Below are positions 20,614-32,628 of a DNA stretch of 64,000 nt, piece by piece (within the stretch, counting starts at the first letter, position 1; each line of letters starts with the position of its first letter). The notes below the pieces were generated by a model. That model was not told the origin of the DNA. It was given only the letters and a program-made list of their open reading frames with translations, and made no database searches. Made by a program: the position numbers and the translations under genes. This stretch comes from an uncultured delta proteobacterium. GTDB taxonomy: Bacteria; Myxococcota_A; Polyangia; Fen-1088. The stretch is taken from NCBI GenBank assembly GCA_963723955.1, contig CAVRSU010000011.1, positions 25,509-89,508 on the forward strand, read 5' to 3'.

Positions 20614-21447
20614 ATGACATCCGTCGGGCGCGCGATCTATCAAGCCTTTCTTCCTCCAAGGGGACAAACGCGCGCCTTTGTGTGGAAGTATTCGCCAGTC
20701 AACTGGGGGCGGCGTCCTCGTCACTTCCACATCGAGCCCGAGTTTAATCTCATTGCATCGGGACGCGCCACCTTCGGTATCGGTGAGAGCGTGGTCACTG
20801 TTTCCGAAGGCGATCTTCTCGGCCTCCCGCCTGCCCAGGACCACGTCCTGCTGCAGGCCTCGCCGGACCTGTACTTATTTGCCGTCGGTATGGAGCCGGC
20901 GTTCTCGTCGGACGTCCTGCGCGCGGAGCCCGACGACGTCATGCTCCCGATTTGCTTTCGCCTGGCGCTCGACGATTTCCGCTCGCTCGTCAGGCGCGCT
21001 TCAGCCATCGTGGATCGGGATGGGGTCGAGCAGCCGTGCGCGGAGCTGTGGGAGCAAGCCCACTGGCTGGCGTCGCGCAATACCAGTCGTCCCATCACCC
21101 CTACGCACGTCCTCACGCGGCGTGCGATATCGGCCGTGAATCGCGCGCCGGATATCGAGTTGCAATCGCTCGCGGCGCGGCTCAGGACCGCCGATTCCGA
21201 AATCAGCCGCTATTTCCACCGCGACCTCGGCATGACGTTCGCCCACTACCGCACGCGCTTGCGCATATTGCGCTTGATTCGTCTCATGGATGCTGGTGGC
21301 ACCACGCTCAGGTCGGCCGCGAAAACGTCAGGATTCGGATCGTACTCGCAGTGTAACCGCATCTTCCAGGCTCGGCTCGGCTGCTCCCCAAGGCAGTTCT
21401 TCCATGCGGGACTGCGAGAGCAAATGCAGCAGGCTTACGATCCTTGA
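20614..21447 (+). CDS. AraC-family transcriptional regulator
   Basis: Cupin HFHIEPEFNLI; HTH region ISRYFHRDLGMTFAHYRTRLR..SGFGSYSQCNRIF..GCSPRQF. Confidence 0.92.
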   Translation: MTSVGRAIYQAFLPPRGQTRAFVWKYSPVNWGRRPRHFHIEPEFNLIASGRATFGIGESVVTVSEGDLLGLPPAQDHVLLQASPDLYLFAVGMEPAFSSDVLRAEPDDVMLPICFRLALDDFRSLVRRASAIVDRDGVEQPCAELWEQAHWLASRNTSRPITPTHVLTRRAISAVNRAPDIELQSLAARLRTADSEISRYFHRDLGMTFAHYRTRLRILRLIRLMDAGGTTLRSAAKTSGFGSYSQCNRIFQARLGCSPRQFFHAGLREQMQQAYDP

Positions 21448-22841
21448 CCCGGTCACGGCTTCGCCCGCTCGAGAAGGCCGCCTACGCCTTCGGCGGAACC
21501 GTGGACATCTTTGGCCACTGGCTCTACTTCGGCCTCATGCAGCCGGTGTTCGTCGGTTTTCTTCACCTGTCGCCATCTCTGCTCGGTCTTGCGCAAGCGA
21601 CTGCCCGCCTGACCGACGCGTTCACGGATTCGTACTTTGGGTGGCGTTCGGACAACACCCGCACCCGTTGGGGAAGGCGACGACCCTTTGTTCTCGTCGG
21701 CTCGCTCCTCGCGGGCACAGCGCTGCCTTGCTTGTTCGCCGCCTCACGAACCTGGAGCGTATCCACGCTGTTCTGGTTCGTCCTCCTCACCGCGTGCGGC
21801 TACGCCCCCATCCTCAGCTGCTACAACATGCCCTATCAGAGCTTGGGGACCGAGCTGACGCCGGACACCGACGAGCGCACGGCCGTGATGTCGTGGCGAG
21901 GCGTGGTGCAGACGCTGGCTGGCGTCGCGAACGCCTGGGCCTGGTGGTTCACTGCCCGGCCCTGGTTCGCAGACGCCGACGGCGTGCCCAACCTCGCCCG
22001 CGGCTCTCGGTGGGCGGCCATGCTCGCCGGAGCCATGATGATCCTAGCCGGAATCGGCTGCGTTCTCTTCGTCGGCGAGCGCTACTACCCGCTTGCGCGT
22101 CAGCAAGAGCGGATTGGTTTCTGGGCGATGACCCGGCAGGCGTTCCAGTGCCAACCGTTCCGCATCCTTTTGCTAGTGCTCGTCCTTTTCGCCGTGCCGA
22201 CCTCGATGGTGGGCGCCTTGAGCTGGTACGTTCTCACCTACCACGTGCTCGCCGGGAGCCTAGGCACCGCCGCGCTCTACGGCGGCCTTGCGGGTACGAC
22301 CTACAGTATGCTGGGGGCTGCCTGCATTCCTTTCGCGGTCTGGTTGTCGCGCAGAATTGGAAAACGCCGCGCTCTGCAATGGGCGCTCTACAGCGGCAGC
22401 CTCGCCTTGGCTTCGAGCTTCCTGCTCTACACCCCGACGGCGCCCATTCTCTCGGTTGCCTGTCATGGCCTGTTTGGCATGGCAGCCTCGGGCTTCTTCT
22501 GGGTGCTCTTGCCTTCTATGCTGGCCGACGTCGTTGATTTCGACGAGCTTGAGGGCGGGAGGCGTCGCGAGGGCGCCTTCGCCTCGATCCTTTCCTACGT
22601 GCTGAAATTCGGTACCACCCTGACGTTGCTCATCACCGGTCCTCTGATCGAGCTGACCGGCTTCGACGCGCACAGGGTCCTTCAGGGCCCAAGGACCATC
22701 CTGGGCCTGCGCATCCTATTCGCGCTGGTGCCGGCAACGGCCGCGCTGCTCGCAGCCTTCGCCTTGCGACGGTATCCGCTCACGCGCGCCCGCATGAACA
22801 CGATCCGCGCGCGCCTGGAGGCCAGGCGCGGCGCCGTGTAG
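21444..22841 (+). CDS. GPH/MFS_2 sugar-cation symporter
   Basis: SDNTRTRWGRRRPF, PYQSLGTELTPDTDERT, MLADVVDFDEL..RREGAF; multiple TM segments. Confidence 0.92.
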   Translation: MTRSRLRPLEKAAYAFGGTVDIFGHWLYFGLMQPVFVGFLHLSPSLLGLAQATARLTDAFTDSYFGWRSDNTRTRWGRRRPFVLVGSLLAGTALPCLFAASRTWSVSTLFWFVLLTACGYAPILSCYNMPYQSLGTELTPDTDERTAVMSWRGVVQTLAGVANAWAWWFTARPWFADADGVPNLARGSRWAAMLAGAMMILAGIGCVLFVGERYYPLARQQERIGFWAMTRQAFQCQPFRILLLVLVLFAVPTSMVGALSWYVLTYHVLAGSLGTAALYGGLAGTTYSMLGAACIPFAVWLSRRIGKRRALQWALYSGSLALASSFLLYTPTAPILSVACHGLFGMAASGFFWVLLPSMLADVVDFDELEGGRRREGAFASILSYVLKFGTTLTLLITGPLIELTGFDAHRVLQGPRTILGLRILFALVPATAALLAAFALRRYPLTRARMNTIRARLEARRGAV

Positions 22842-22856
22842 GGACTTGGCTCCAAG

Positions 22857-22878
22857 CTTCGCATTTCTTGGGATTCCT
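22857..22878 (+). promoter_or_regulatory. Putative operator upstream of the GH16 pair
   Basis: Identical to 16806-16827; 47 bp upstream of the ATG at 22926. Confidence 0.65.
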
Positions 22879-22925
22879 GCGCGGGCCTTCTTGGAAAGCT
22901 CGGGCCAGACGTTCATGGTGTCAGC

Positions 22926-24296
22926 ATGAATTCAAGATCGGCGATGCTCGCATGTGTTGCTGCGACTATCCTCGTCCCTGCCTCGGCCATGGGCATGGCG
23001 AGCGCAGAGTTGTACGGTACAACGGCCTACGACTATGGGCGCTTCGAAGCACGCATCCAATTCGCCCCGGGCGACGGTGTCGTCAGCTCGTTCTTCCTTT
23101 GGAAGGAGGGCTCCGACGCGGCCAATGCCTATTGGAACGAGCTGGACTACGAGAAGGTCGGCGCCGACTGTCACATGCAGATCAACAACATCTACGGGAA
23201 CCCGAAGAGCCAGCACCAGCAGACACCTTCCCTGAGTAGCATTTGTACCGCATACCACGACTACCTATTCGAATGGACTCCGACGTACATCGCCTGGGTC
23301 GTGGATGGCAAGGAGATCCGCCGGGACACTGGCGCCGCCGCAACTGCCTACGCCCAAAATGCTTCCGCCGGCATGACGTTCCATTTCAACATCTGGCCGG
23401 GCAATTCCAGTTTTGGAGGAAACATCAATAACACCACCTTGCCAGTGCACCAGTACATAAGCTGGGTGCAATACTCGTCGTACGACAACGGCAACTTCAC
23501 TGTGCAGTGGCGCGAAGACTTCCAAGCTTCCGGGGTGCCCTCCGGCTGGGCCGTGGGCAACTGGTCGTCACCCTACAATCTGTCGACACACAATCCGGCG
23601 AACGTCGCCTTCGTGAACGGCATCGCCGTACTTTCACTGACCGCTGACAATGCGACGGGCACCCCCGGCACACCACCTGTGGACGACTCTACCGGCGGCA
23701 CTGGCTCGGGCGGAGCCACCGGCAGTGGTGGCATGAGCGTCGCTGGTGGCACCGGTGGCGCTGGCGGGAGCGCGAGCAGCGGCGGCGCCGTGGGGACGGG
23801 TGGCACGACCGGGTCCGGCGGCGCGACGGGCTTGGGCGGCCTGCGCACCTCCGACGCGGGGATAGGCTCGGGCGGGACGACGGCTATCGGCGGGGCGACA
23901 GCCATCGGCGGGTCGGTTGGGCCAGGAGGTGGGGGAAATTCCGGTGGAGCCACCAACGGTCATGGAGGTACCTCGACCTCAGGCGGAGGAACATCTGGCG
24001 GCACAACCGGTGGTGGCGGCAGCCATGACGACACTGGCGGAAACAGCGGAACAGGCGGAAGCAGCCAGCCCGGGAGCGTCGGCGGCGCTTTGGTGGCGTC
24101 TGGCGGTAACGGCGGCACGGCGAGCGTCGGCCCAGTCGCCGGGAGCACGCAAACGAATGCCAGCACCAGCGGCGGCTGCAGTTGCAGCACGAGCCGAGCA
24201 CCGGGCGGAATAACCATGTGGGTCGGTATGCTGCTGGGCGCGCTCGCGCTCCGCAGGCTCGGCCGCGTTCGGCGCAGCAGCCCACCCAAGACCTAG
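22926..24296 (+). CDS. GH16 beta-glucanase (circularly permuted type) with MYXO-CTERM
   Basis: SAELY..YGRFEARI, catalytic ELDYE, Gly linker, tail GGCSC..MLLGALALRRLGRVRR. Confidence 0.9.
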   Translation: MNSRSAMLACVAATILVPASAMGMASAELYGTTAYDYGRFEARIQFAPGDGVVSSFFLWKEGSDAANAYWNELDYEKVGADCHMQINNIYGNPKSQHQQTPSLSSICTAYHDYLFEWTPTYIAWVVDGKEIRRDTGAAATAYAQNASAGMTFHFNIWPGNSSFGGNINNTTLPVHQYISWVQYSSYDNGNFTVQWREDFQASGVPSGWAVGNWSSPYNLSTHNPANVAFVNGIAVLSLTADNATGTPGTPPVDDSTGGTGSGGATGSGGMSVAGGTGGAGGSASSGGAVGTGGTTGSGGATGLGGLRTSDAGIGSGGTTAIGGATAIGGSVGPGGGGNSGGATNGHGGTSTSGGGTSGGTTGGGGSHDDTGGNSGTGGSSQPGSVGGALVASGGNGGTASVGPVAGSTQTNASTSGGCSCSTSRAPGGITMWVGMLLGALALRRLGRVRRSSPPKT

Positions 24297-24307
24297 GAGA
24301 CAAACGC

Positions 24308-25309
24308 ATGATCCGCAGATTGACCATCCTCGCCCTGTTGGGCCTGTCCACGCTAGTTCCCGTGCAGGCCATGGGCATGGCGAGCGCAGAGTTGTACACG
24401 ACGAACTCCTATCTCTACGGGCGCTTCGACGCACGCGTCCAGTTCGCCCCGGGTGACGGAGTGGTTAGCTCATTTTTTTTGTGGAAGAACGGCTCCGACG
24501 CGGCCAACGCCTATTGGAACGAGCTTGACTACGAGAAAATCGGCGCCGACTGCCACATTCAGCTCAATAACACCTACGGGAGCCCGAGTACCCAGCACCA
24601 GTCAACGCCTTCCCTGGGCTTCGACCTTTGCGGGGGATATCACGACTACCGATTCGAATGGACCCCGACGTACATCTCCTGGGTCGTTGACGGCCAGGAG
24701 ATCCGCCGGGATACAGGCGCCGCCGCGACCGCCTTCGCCCAAAATGCTACCGCCGGCATGACCGTCCACTTCAACATCTGGCCGGGCAATTCGAATTTCG
24801 GAGGAAACATCAATAACACCACCTTGCCAGTGCACCAGTACATAAGCTTGGTGGAATACTCGTCCTACGACAGCAACACCGGCAACTTCAATCTGCAGTG
24901 GAGCGAGGACTTCCAGTCGTCTGCTGTTCCGTCCGGCTGGGCGGTTGGCAACTGGAGCTCGCCCTACAACCTCTCAACCCACAACCCGCAGAATGTTTCC
25001 TTCGTAAACGGTATTGGGGTGCTTTCGCTTACTTCAGATACCGCAATCGGCTACACCGGCTCGCCACCGGTCGACGAAAACGCAGGGGAAATCTTGGGCG
25101 CTGACGGTGGCGCGGGAAGCATCACGAGCTCGACGGGCGGCGCTTCGGGCACGGGCAGTGGTAACACCAGCGCCTGCGCCATGATGTCCTTTTCAAAGAA
25201 AGATAGCCCAGGGCTCGTTTGTATTCTGGTGGCGGCAGCCTGCCTGCTCGTCCTTGGCCGGACGCGGTGGCGCCAGTTCCTGAAAAGCTCGGGGCGGCGT
25301 TCTTGTTGA
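24308..25309 (+). CDS. GH16 beta-glucanase paralog with short linker and C-terminal anchor
   Basis: Catalytic domain nearly collinear with 22926..24296; ELDYE; Cys, TM and basic tail. Confidence 0.9.
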   Translation: MIRRLTILALLGLSTLVPVQAMGMASAELYTTNSYLYGRFDARVQFAPGDGVVSSFFLWKNGSDAANAYWNELDYEKIGADCHIQLNNTYGSPSTQHQSTPSLGFDLCGGYHDYRFEWTPTYISWVVDGQEIRRDTGAAATAFAQNATAGMTVHFNIWPGNSNFGGNINNTTLPVHQYISLVEYSSYDSNTGNFNLQWSEDFQSSAVPSGWAVGNWSSPYNLSTHNPQNVSFVNGIGVLSLTSDTAIGYTGSPPVDENAGEILGADGGAGSITSSTGGASGTGSGNTSACAMMSFSKKDSPGLVCILVAAACLLVLGRTRWRQFLKSSGRRSC

Positions 25310-25359
25310 GCGCGGCACCCCGTTTGGATTCGGAGACACAGCACGAAAGAGGTGCCGAC

Positions 25360-27330
<1,971 letters not shown>

Positions 27331-27680
27331 CGCAAGCCAGGCAGGAACCTCCACGAGATCGAGTACGCTGACACGCGAAGCCCCGAGTGGTGACCAACCT
27401 GGCTCCCGAGGTCGGGGTTCGGGATAGGCTATGTCCATGGCGGCATTCCTCGCAAGAATGGGCTTGTTTTCCCCGGATATAGGGACATATAGGTGGATAC
27501 GGCTAACGTAGTCGCATGTTCGGACTTTCTATGCTCAAGCAGAAGGCCTGGATTTTTTGGGTCTCCGTGGACCAGTTTTGAGCGTTTCGGTGACTGTTAG
27601 ATACGCCTTGGAGCCAAGGTAACCAACCGTCTTCCCCACGCTGGAGCAGACGACATTCGAAACAAGCAAGGAGGCTGACC

Positions 27681-28955
27681 ATGAATTGTCGATCGAGTTT
27701 GGTTTTTCACATTGCAGTGGGATTTCTCACGGTGGGCTCGGTTGGCTGCTCGTCATCGAGCATGGGGATTGGTGTGGGAAGTGGTGGGAGCACTGCTTCC
27801 AATAGCGGCGGCCACCCTGGCACAGGCGGCATGACGGGAACCGGCGGCGCCAGCGGAACAGGAGGAACCACCGTGAGTGGAAATGGTGGAGCCGCCACGG
27901 GTGGCAGCAGCGCCCAAAGCGGCGGCACTAGCGCCACAGGTGGATCGACAAGTTCTGGCGGCCAGCCAGGAACAGGTGGCGAGAGCGCTTCCGGTGGGAC
28001 AACCGGCCAACCCGTGACGGGTGGCGCGATGGGTGGCAATTCGGGCCGGGACGGTGGCCCTGCGACGGGCGGTGCCGGCGGCGGTACGGCCATTGATGGC
28101 GGTGGAAGCACTCCAGCCGGTCAAAGCGCGGGCTGCGGCAAGGCGCCCACCATCGCGAGCAGCAACTACAACAACGGTCACCACATTGCAATCACGGCCG
28201 CCGGCAAGGCGCGCGAGTACATCCTGAACGTACCAACCAACTACGACAACACCAAGCCGTACAAATTCGTCATTGCCTATCACGAGCTCAATGGAAACGA
28301 CGACGAGATGTACAAGAATCAGTACTATCACCTGCTCAATCTGTCTCAAAACAGCACAATCTTTGTGGCCCCCAACGGGCAGCAAAACAACGCGAACTGT
28401 ACGCAGGCTTCGGGATGCGGATGGCCCAACACGAGCGATTCGGACATGGCTCTTGCCGATGCCGTCGTGGCCCAGATCGAAGAGAACTTCTGTATCGACA
28501 CGAATCGGATCTTCGCGACCGGTTGGAGCTATGGGGCCAGTATGTCCGAGCAAACCGCGTGCGAGAGACCGCTCAGCGGGCTGGGCAGCGCAACATGGGG
28601 GCTTCGCGCCATCGCTGTCTACTCCGTCGCCTATCTCAGCAACACAGACAATTGCAAGGCCAGCTCTAGCAAGCCAGTGGCCTACTACGCCTCGCACGGT
28701 ACGAACGATTCGGTGCTGCCCTACAGTGGGGGTGTGTCGATTGCTCAAACCTGGGCCGCGGCCGACGGCTGCACCGCGGCTACTCCTACGCAGGCGACTG
28801 GCAATCACGTGTGCACGAACTACGCAGGCTGCAAGACTGGGTATCCAGTGGAATTTTGCTCCTTCGTTGGTCCGCACACTCCTGATCCGACGGATTCTGG
28901 CGGAGGGACGAGCTGGGAATATCAAAATGTCTGGACCTTCTTGAGCCAGTTCTAA
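27681..28955 (+). CDS. Alpha/beta-hydrolase esterase lipoprotein (feruloyl esterase/LpqC-like)
   Basis: Lipobox SVGC, Gly linker, CIDTNRIFATGWSYG (GxSxG), HGTND, C-terminal His. Confidence 0.82.
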   Translation: MNCRSSLVFHIAVGFLTVGSVGCSSSSMGIGVGSGGSTASNSGGHPGTGGMTGTGGASGTGGTTVSGNGGAATGGSSAQSGGTSATGGSTSSGGQPGTGGESASGGTTGQPVTGGAMGGNSGRDGGPATGGAGGGTAIDGGGSTPAGQSAGCGKAPTIASSNYNNGHHIAITAAGKAREYILNVPTNYDNTKPYKFVIAYHELNGNDDEMYKNQYYHLLNLSQNSTIFVAPNGQQNNANCTQASGCGWPNTSDSDMALADAVVAQIEENFCIDTNRIFATGWSYGASMSEQTACERPLSGLGSATWGLRAIAVYSVAYLSNTDNCKASSSKPVAYYASHGTNDSVLPYSGGVSIAQTWAAADGCTAATPTQATGNHVCTNYAGCKTGYPVEFCSFVGPHTPDPTDSGGGTSWEYQNVWTFLSQF

Positions 28956-29071
28956 GCGTTCGGCCTGGCTTGAATCGCCCGGCGAGGGCCACGCGAGTTG
29001 AGGGGCGTCCGAGGGAAGAGGAATGGCGAAGCGCCTGCGGTCAAAGCGCGTGCGGCAACAGTAGCTTGACT

Positions 29072-29160
29072 TCAGTACTTGCCCGGACGCAAGAGCGACG
29101 TTGGAACCTCGCCAGCGTACGAATACCCGTACGCTTCCCAGTAGCCGGCAACCGCGGGCT
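29072..29160 (-). pseudogene. C-terminal remnant of a molybdopterin-dependent oxidoreductase (sulfite oxidase/MsrP-like)
   Basis: Minus strand reads PAVAGYWEAYGYSYAGEVPTSLLRPGKY*; GYWE..GY is typical of that family's C-terminus. Confidence 0.45.
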
Positions 29161-29181
29161 TCGGCCTCAAGTCCTGCGCTT

Positions 29182-32055
29182 TTAGGCAACCGGTTGCGCA
29201 ACCCCGATCGACACAGCTTTGGATGGCTCGGTCTTGCGCGAGGCGGTTCGCAACTCCCCGGCGGGCGGAAGCTCGACCAGGACGTCGTCTCCTTCGACCT
29301 TGACCGCGAATGTCGCGATGGCTGGCAAGTCACCGTTCAAGCAGGCGCCGCTTCGCAGATCGAAGGTGTTCTTGTGCAGCGGACAGGCGACTTTGGGCTT
29401 TCCGTTCGTGTCACCCACAATCCCGCGTGCCAGAACCATCTGTTGTTTGTGCGGGCAAAGGTTCTCGCTGGCAAGCCACTCGCCGCGCGCGGCGAGATTG
29501 AAGATGGCAATTTCGCTGTCTCCGTAGCGGGCCGCGATGCCCCCGTTGCGCGGCACCTCGGAAACCTTGGCCATGCGGATCCACGTGCGTTTGGCTGCCG
29601 GTTGCTTGGCCTTCTCGACGAGCAGCGCCGCGGTCTCGGCATACTGCTTGAATTGCGCCCGCCGCTCGGGATCGCGCAGGACGCCGGCCCATTCACACTC
29701 GTAGGTGTCGACCAGATATTGCAGGTCGCGTTCCAGATCGGCCGCGATGCCAAGCGCATCGTCGACGATGATTTGGCGTAGCCGCTCGATACCCCCTTCC
29801 ATCTTGTCGAGCCAGACCGAGGTGCGGGTCAGACGATCCGCCGTGCGGATATAGAACATGATGAAGCGGTCGAGGTAGCGAATGGCGGTCTCGGCGTCGA
29901 CATCCTTGACCAGCACATCGGCGTGGCGCGGGTGGGCGCCGCCGTTGCCGCACACGAAGACGTTCCAGCCTTTCTCGGTGGCAATGAGCCCGAAATCCTT
30001 GCCCTGGGCCTCGGCGCACTCTCGAATGCAACCACTCACCGCGCTCTTCAGCTTGTGCGGGGCGCGGATGCCTTTGTAGCGTTCTTCGAGTCGGATGGCC
30101 ATGGCGGTCGAGTCCTGCACGCCAAAGCGACACCAGGTGGTGCCCACGCAGCTCTTGACCGTGCGCAGGGCCTTACCGTAGGCGTGGCCGCTTTCGAAGC
30201 CGGCGGCCACCAACTCCTCCCAGATGCTGGGCAGATCCTCGAGATGCGCGCCCAGCAGGTCCACACGCTGCGCGCCGGTGATCTTGCTGTGCAGGTCGAA
30301 CTTGCGCGCGACCTTGCCCAGGACGACCAGCTTCTCGGGCGTGATTTCGCCACCCGGAACACGCGGAATGACCGAATAGGTTCCATTCCTCTGCATGTTG
30401 GCTAGAAACCGATCGTTGGTGTCCTGCAAGGTGCGATGCTCTTCCTTCATCACCGGCTCGTTGAACAGACTGGCCAGGATCGAGGCCACGGTGGGCTTGC
30501 AGATCTCGCAGCCGCTGCCCTGGCCGTGCTCGCGGATCAGCTGCTCGAAGGTGTGAAGGCGCTTGCTGGCGACGATCTGAAAGAGATCCTGTCGGGTGTG
30601 GGCGAAGTGCTCGCACAAGCGCGGACGGACGGCCTTGCCCAGGGCCTTCAACTGGGCGCCGAGCAAATCGGTCACCACGGGCAGGCACCCGCCGCAGCCG
30701 GTGCCCGCGCGCGTGTGTTTCTTGAGCGCGTCGACGGTCAGACAATCCTCGTCGCGAACGCAGGCGCGGAGGTTCCCAGCCGAGACGTTGTTGCACGAGC
30801 AGACCTGCGCTTCGTCGGGCAGGACGAACGTCTGGGCCGCGCTCGATCCAGGGGTCATGCCGAGCTCGTCGAAGCCGTCGGAAAGCGTCGTGCCGGAGCG
30901 TGTGAGGTATTGCAGCCGCGCGTAGTCCTTCGCGTCGCCAACCAGAATGCCCCCGAGCAAGCGCTTGCTCTCGGCATCCACCACGAGCTTCTTGTACGTT
31001 CGTTTGATCTGGTCCTCGAACGCAAGCACGCGGACGCTGGGCGCCGACACGAAGGGATCGCCGAAGGACGCCACGTCCGTACCCATCAGCTTGAGCTTCG
31101 CCGACAGGTCGCCTCCGGTGAAGGACACGCTCTCGCCGGTGAGCGACCTGGCCAGGGTGTCCGCCATTTCGTAGCCGGGCGCCACCAAGCCGTAGATCAT
31201 CCCCTGGTGAAGCGCCACCTCGCCAATGGCGAAGATGCGCGGGTCGTTGGTGCGCAGCTGGTCGTCCACGACCACACCGCCACGCGGTCCCACTTCCAGG
31301 GCGGCCTTGCGCGCCAGCTCGTCGCGCGGCCGAATGCCCGCCGAAACGATGACCAGGTCGACGTTGATGATCTCTCCATCTGACAATTCGACGCCGGTGA
31401 CCGTTTCGTCGCCCACGAAGCGGGACATGCGTCGGTCGATGTGCACTGTTACCCCGAGGTCGCGAATGGATTGTTCCAGCATGGCCGAGGCGGCGCTGTC
31501 GAGCTGGCGAGGCATGAGTCGGGTGGCTACCTCGATGACGTGGGTTTCCAGGCCGCAGTCCTTCACGGCGCGCGCTGCCTCCAGCCCGAGAAGCCCTCCA
31601 CCGATGACGGCGGCTCGACGTGCGGAGGAAGCACGCGCGAGAATCGCCTCCAGATCCTCGATGGTTCGGTAGACGAAGACGCCCTTTTTGTCGACGCCGG
31701 GGACCGGGGGAACGAAGGGCGACGAACCCGTGGCTAGCACCAGCCAGTCGTAGCGATGTTGCTCGCCGGTCGCGGTCGTCACCTGGCCAGAGCTGCGGTC
31801 GATGTCCACGGCCAAAGTCCCGGTAAGAAGCTGGATGCCGCGTTCGGCGTACCAGTCCTTGGTTCCGAGGGCGAGATTGTCGGCCGAGCGATCCTTGAAG
31901 TAGTCGGTGAGGTGTACGCGGTCGTAGGCTGGCCGCGGCTCTTCGCCAAGAACCGTTACGCGCAGTCCGTGGGCGCGGTCGTATTCGACCACCTTCTCGC
32001 AAAAGCGATGGCCGACCATCCCGTTGCCGAGCACCAGCAGTGCTCCGGAATTCAA
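29182..32055 (-). CDS. nirB: NADH-dependent nitrite reductase, NirB-NirD fusion
   Basis: GNGMVG and GGGLLGLE, two BFD clusters, CVGTTWC and SGCIRECAE siroheme/FeS ligands, C-terminal Rieske CPH..CPLH. Confidence 0.95.
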   Translation of the reverse strand: MNSGALLVLGNGMVGHRFCEKVVEYDRAHGLRVTVLGEEPRPAYDRVHLTDYFKDRSADNLALGTKDWYAERGIQLLTGTLAVDIDRSSGQVTTATGEQHRYDWLVLATGSSPFVPPVPGVDKKGVFVYRTIEDLEAILARASSARRAAVIGGGLLGLEAARAVKDCGLETHVIEVATRLMPRQLDSAASAMLEQSIRDLGVTVHIDRRMSRFVGDETVTGVELSDGEIINVDLVIVSAGIRPRDELARKAALEVGPRGGVVVDDQLRTNDPRIFAIGEVALHQGMIYGLVAPGYEMADTLARSLTGESVSFTGGDLSAKLKLMGTDVASFGDPFVSAPSVRVLAFEDQIKRTYKKLVVDAESKRLLGGILVGDAKDYARLQYLTRSGTTLSDGFDELGMTPGSSAAQTFVLPDEAQVCSCNNVSAGNLRACVRDEDCLTVDALKKHTRAGTGCGGCLPVVTDLLGAQLKALGKAVRPRLCEHFAHTRQDLFQIVASKRLHTFEQLIREHGQGSGCEICKPTVASILASLFNEPVMKEEHRTLQDTNDRFLANMQRNGTYSVIPRVPGGEITPEKLVVLGKVARKFDLHSKITGAQRVDLLGAHLEDLPSIWEELVAAGFESGHAYGKALRTVKSCVGTTWCRFGVQDSTAMAIRLEERYKGIRAPHKLKSAVSGCIRECAEAQGKDFGLIATEKGWNVFVCGNGGAHPRHADVLVKDVDAETAIRYLDRFIMFYIRTADRLTRTSVWLDKMEGGIERLRQIIVDDALGIAADLERDLQYLVDTYECEWAGVLRDPERRAQFKQYAETAALLVEKAKQPAAKRTWIRMAKVSEVPRNGGIAARYGDSEIAIFNLAARGEWLASENLCPHKQQMVLARGIVGDTNGKPKVACPLHKNTFDLRSGACLNGDLPAIATFAVKVEGDDVLVELPPAGELRTASRKTEPSKAVSIGVAQPVA

Positions 32056-32447
32056 GACTGACCCCGTCCGCTTTTGGATCCGTCTGGGCTTCTGGGGTAA
32101 AGACCAAGCGCTTCAATGGCCTGGTTGCGCACGTATCTGGCCATCTCGTCGCTGTCGTCGGCGTCCTGGCAGCGGGTTAGTACCAGAACCAGGGCATCAC
32201 GAGCCTGCCGCAGCTCGTGCACAAGCCACATCACGTCCGAGAAAGCCTCGTGGTGGGCCACGCGGTAGGTGCGCTCCAATTCGCGTAGCCGCCACTCCAG
32301 TTTATTTCCGCCGCTCGCGGCCTTGCCGTCGCCGTAGCAGTCAGGGCAACTGACCGCTCCGTGCTCGGTGACGATTTCGCCGGTGCCGTAGCAGGTCTGG
32401 CAGTCGTGGCTCAAGTCCGGCATTGACCCTCCTCTTTGATTCATCAT
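32052..32447 (-). CDS. Hypothetical protein with a CxxCxGxG x2 zinc finger
   Basis: CQTCYGTG and CPDCYGDG; stop overlaps the nirB start. Alternative start at 32423. Confidence 0.7.
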   Translation of the reverse strand: MMNQRGGSMPDLSHDCQTCYGTGEIVTEHGAVSCPDCYGDGKAASGGNKLEWRLRELERTYRVAHHEAFSDVMWLVHELRQARDALVLVLTRCQDADDSDEMARYVRNQAIEALGLYPRSPDGSKSGRGQS

Positions 32448-32628
32448 TCCTCGCAGCTTGTGATGCTACTAGCACGCGCCAGGTTTCGTATCTGTTTCGT
32501 CCCCGGAAATCCTTGGCACCTCCGTCGAGGAATCGGCGACGCGATATTACCCAGATGAAACCTCCTCGATACAGGTAAACGGATAAATTCAGTCCGGTAT
32601 CAGTTGTGCCAATGACAAGGAGAACCAG

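Noticed and set aside
32460-32620. Sigma-54 promoter or ANTAR hairpins for the nitrate genes
   Set aside because: The TGGC hits lack a correctly spaced GC, and no convincing twin hexaloops were found.
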